A DNA stretch of 38,598 bases. It comes from Promethearchaeia archaeon (GTDB taxonomy: Archaea; Asgardarchaeota; Lokiarchaeia; Sigyniarchaeales; SOKP01). The stretch spans positions 1 through 38,598 of the forward strand of contig JAHQWL010000050.1 in the NCBI GenBank assembly GCA_029856155.1. Direction: 5' to 3'. A model generated the notes under the pieces. It searched no databases. It saw only the letters and a list, made by a program, of their open reading frames with translations, and had not been told where the DNA came from. Both the position numbers and the translations under genes were made by a program. Every line of letters starts with the position of its first letter. The first letter of the stretch is position 1. This document shows positions 38,378 through 38,598 of the stretch, piece after piece.

Positions 38378-38598
38378 TCAAATCACTTTCTTGTGTAATT
38401 TTAAACTATTTTTTAAGTTAATTTAGTTTTAACCAGTATTTAAATTAACTTTAGTCTGATCTTTATAAAATATACAGTATCAAAGGATTTTAAACTCTGA
38501 ATCCTAATGAACTGTAATTTATTCTATTTATTATTAAGCCTTAATTAATAGTTTGAAACATTATTTTTATAATAAATAAATATTTAATTATTTACCGC

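Overview
Very AT-rich archaeal DNA that most resembles Lokiarchaeia (Asgard). This is inferred from a longin/small-GTPase fusion, an SDS22-like LRR protein, membrane proteins with RING/PHD-like tails, a NosD beta-helix surface protein and GGTGA-type RBSs. No rRNA, tRNA, CRISPR array or transposase was seen. Main points: (1) three paralogous loci encode 2TM + left-handed beta-helix (LbH) modules as A|B|C, AB and AB|C. They resemble the three terminal domains of epsilon-poly-L-lysine synthetase (Pls) but lack A/T domains, and a GH3/ANL adenylating enzyme, a nitrilase-family amidase and AlaX lie nearby. (2) A UxxC peroxiredoxin-like selenoprotein candidate, truncated by the ORF track, sits with heliorhodopsin and UvsE. 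(3) An MNT-HEPN toxin-antitoxin cassette is bounded by 35-bp direct repeats, next to an ATP-cone class II RNR that has VapBC on its other side. (4) A longin-pseudoGTPase-helical repeat-nitrilase fusion. (5) Two unannotated tandem 50-aa zinc-ribbon microproteins. (6) Several gene lesions or relics. All assignments come from motif reading, not database searches.
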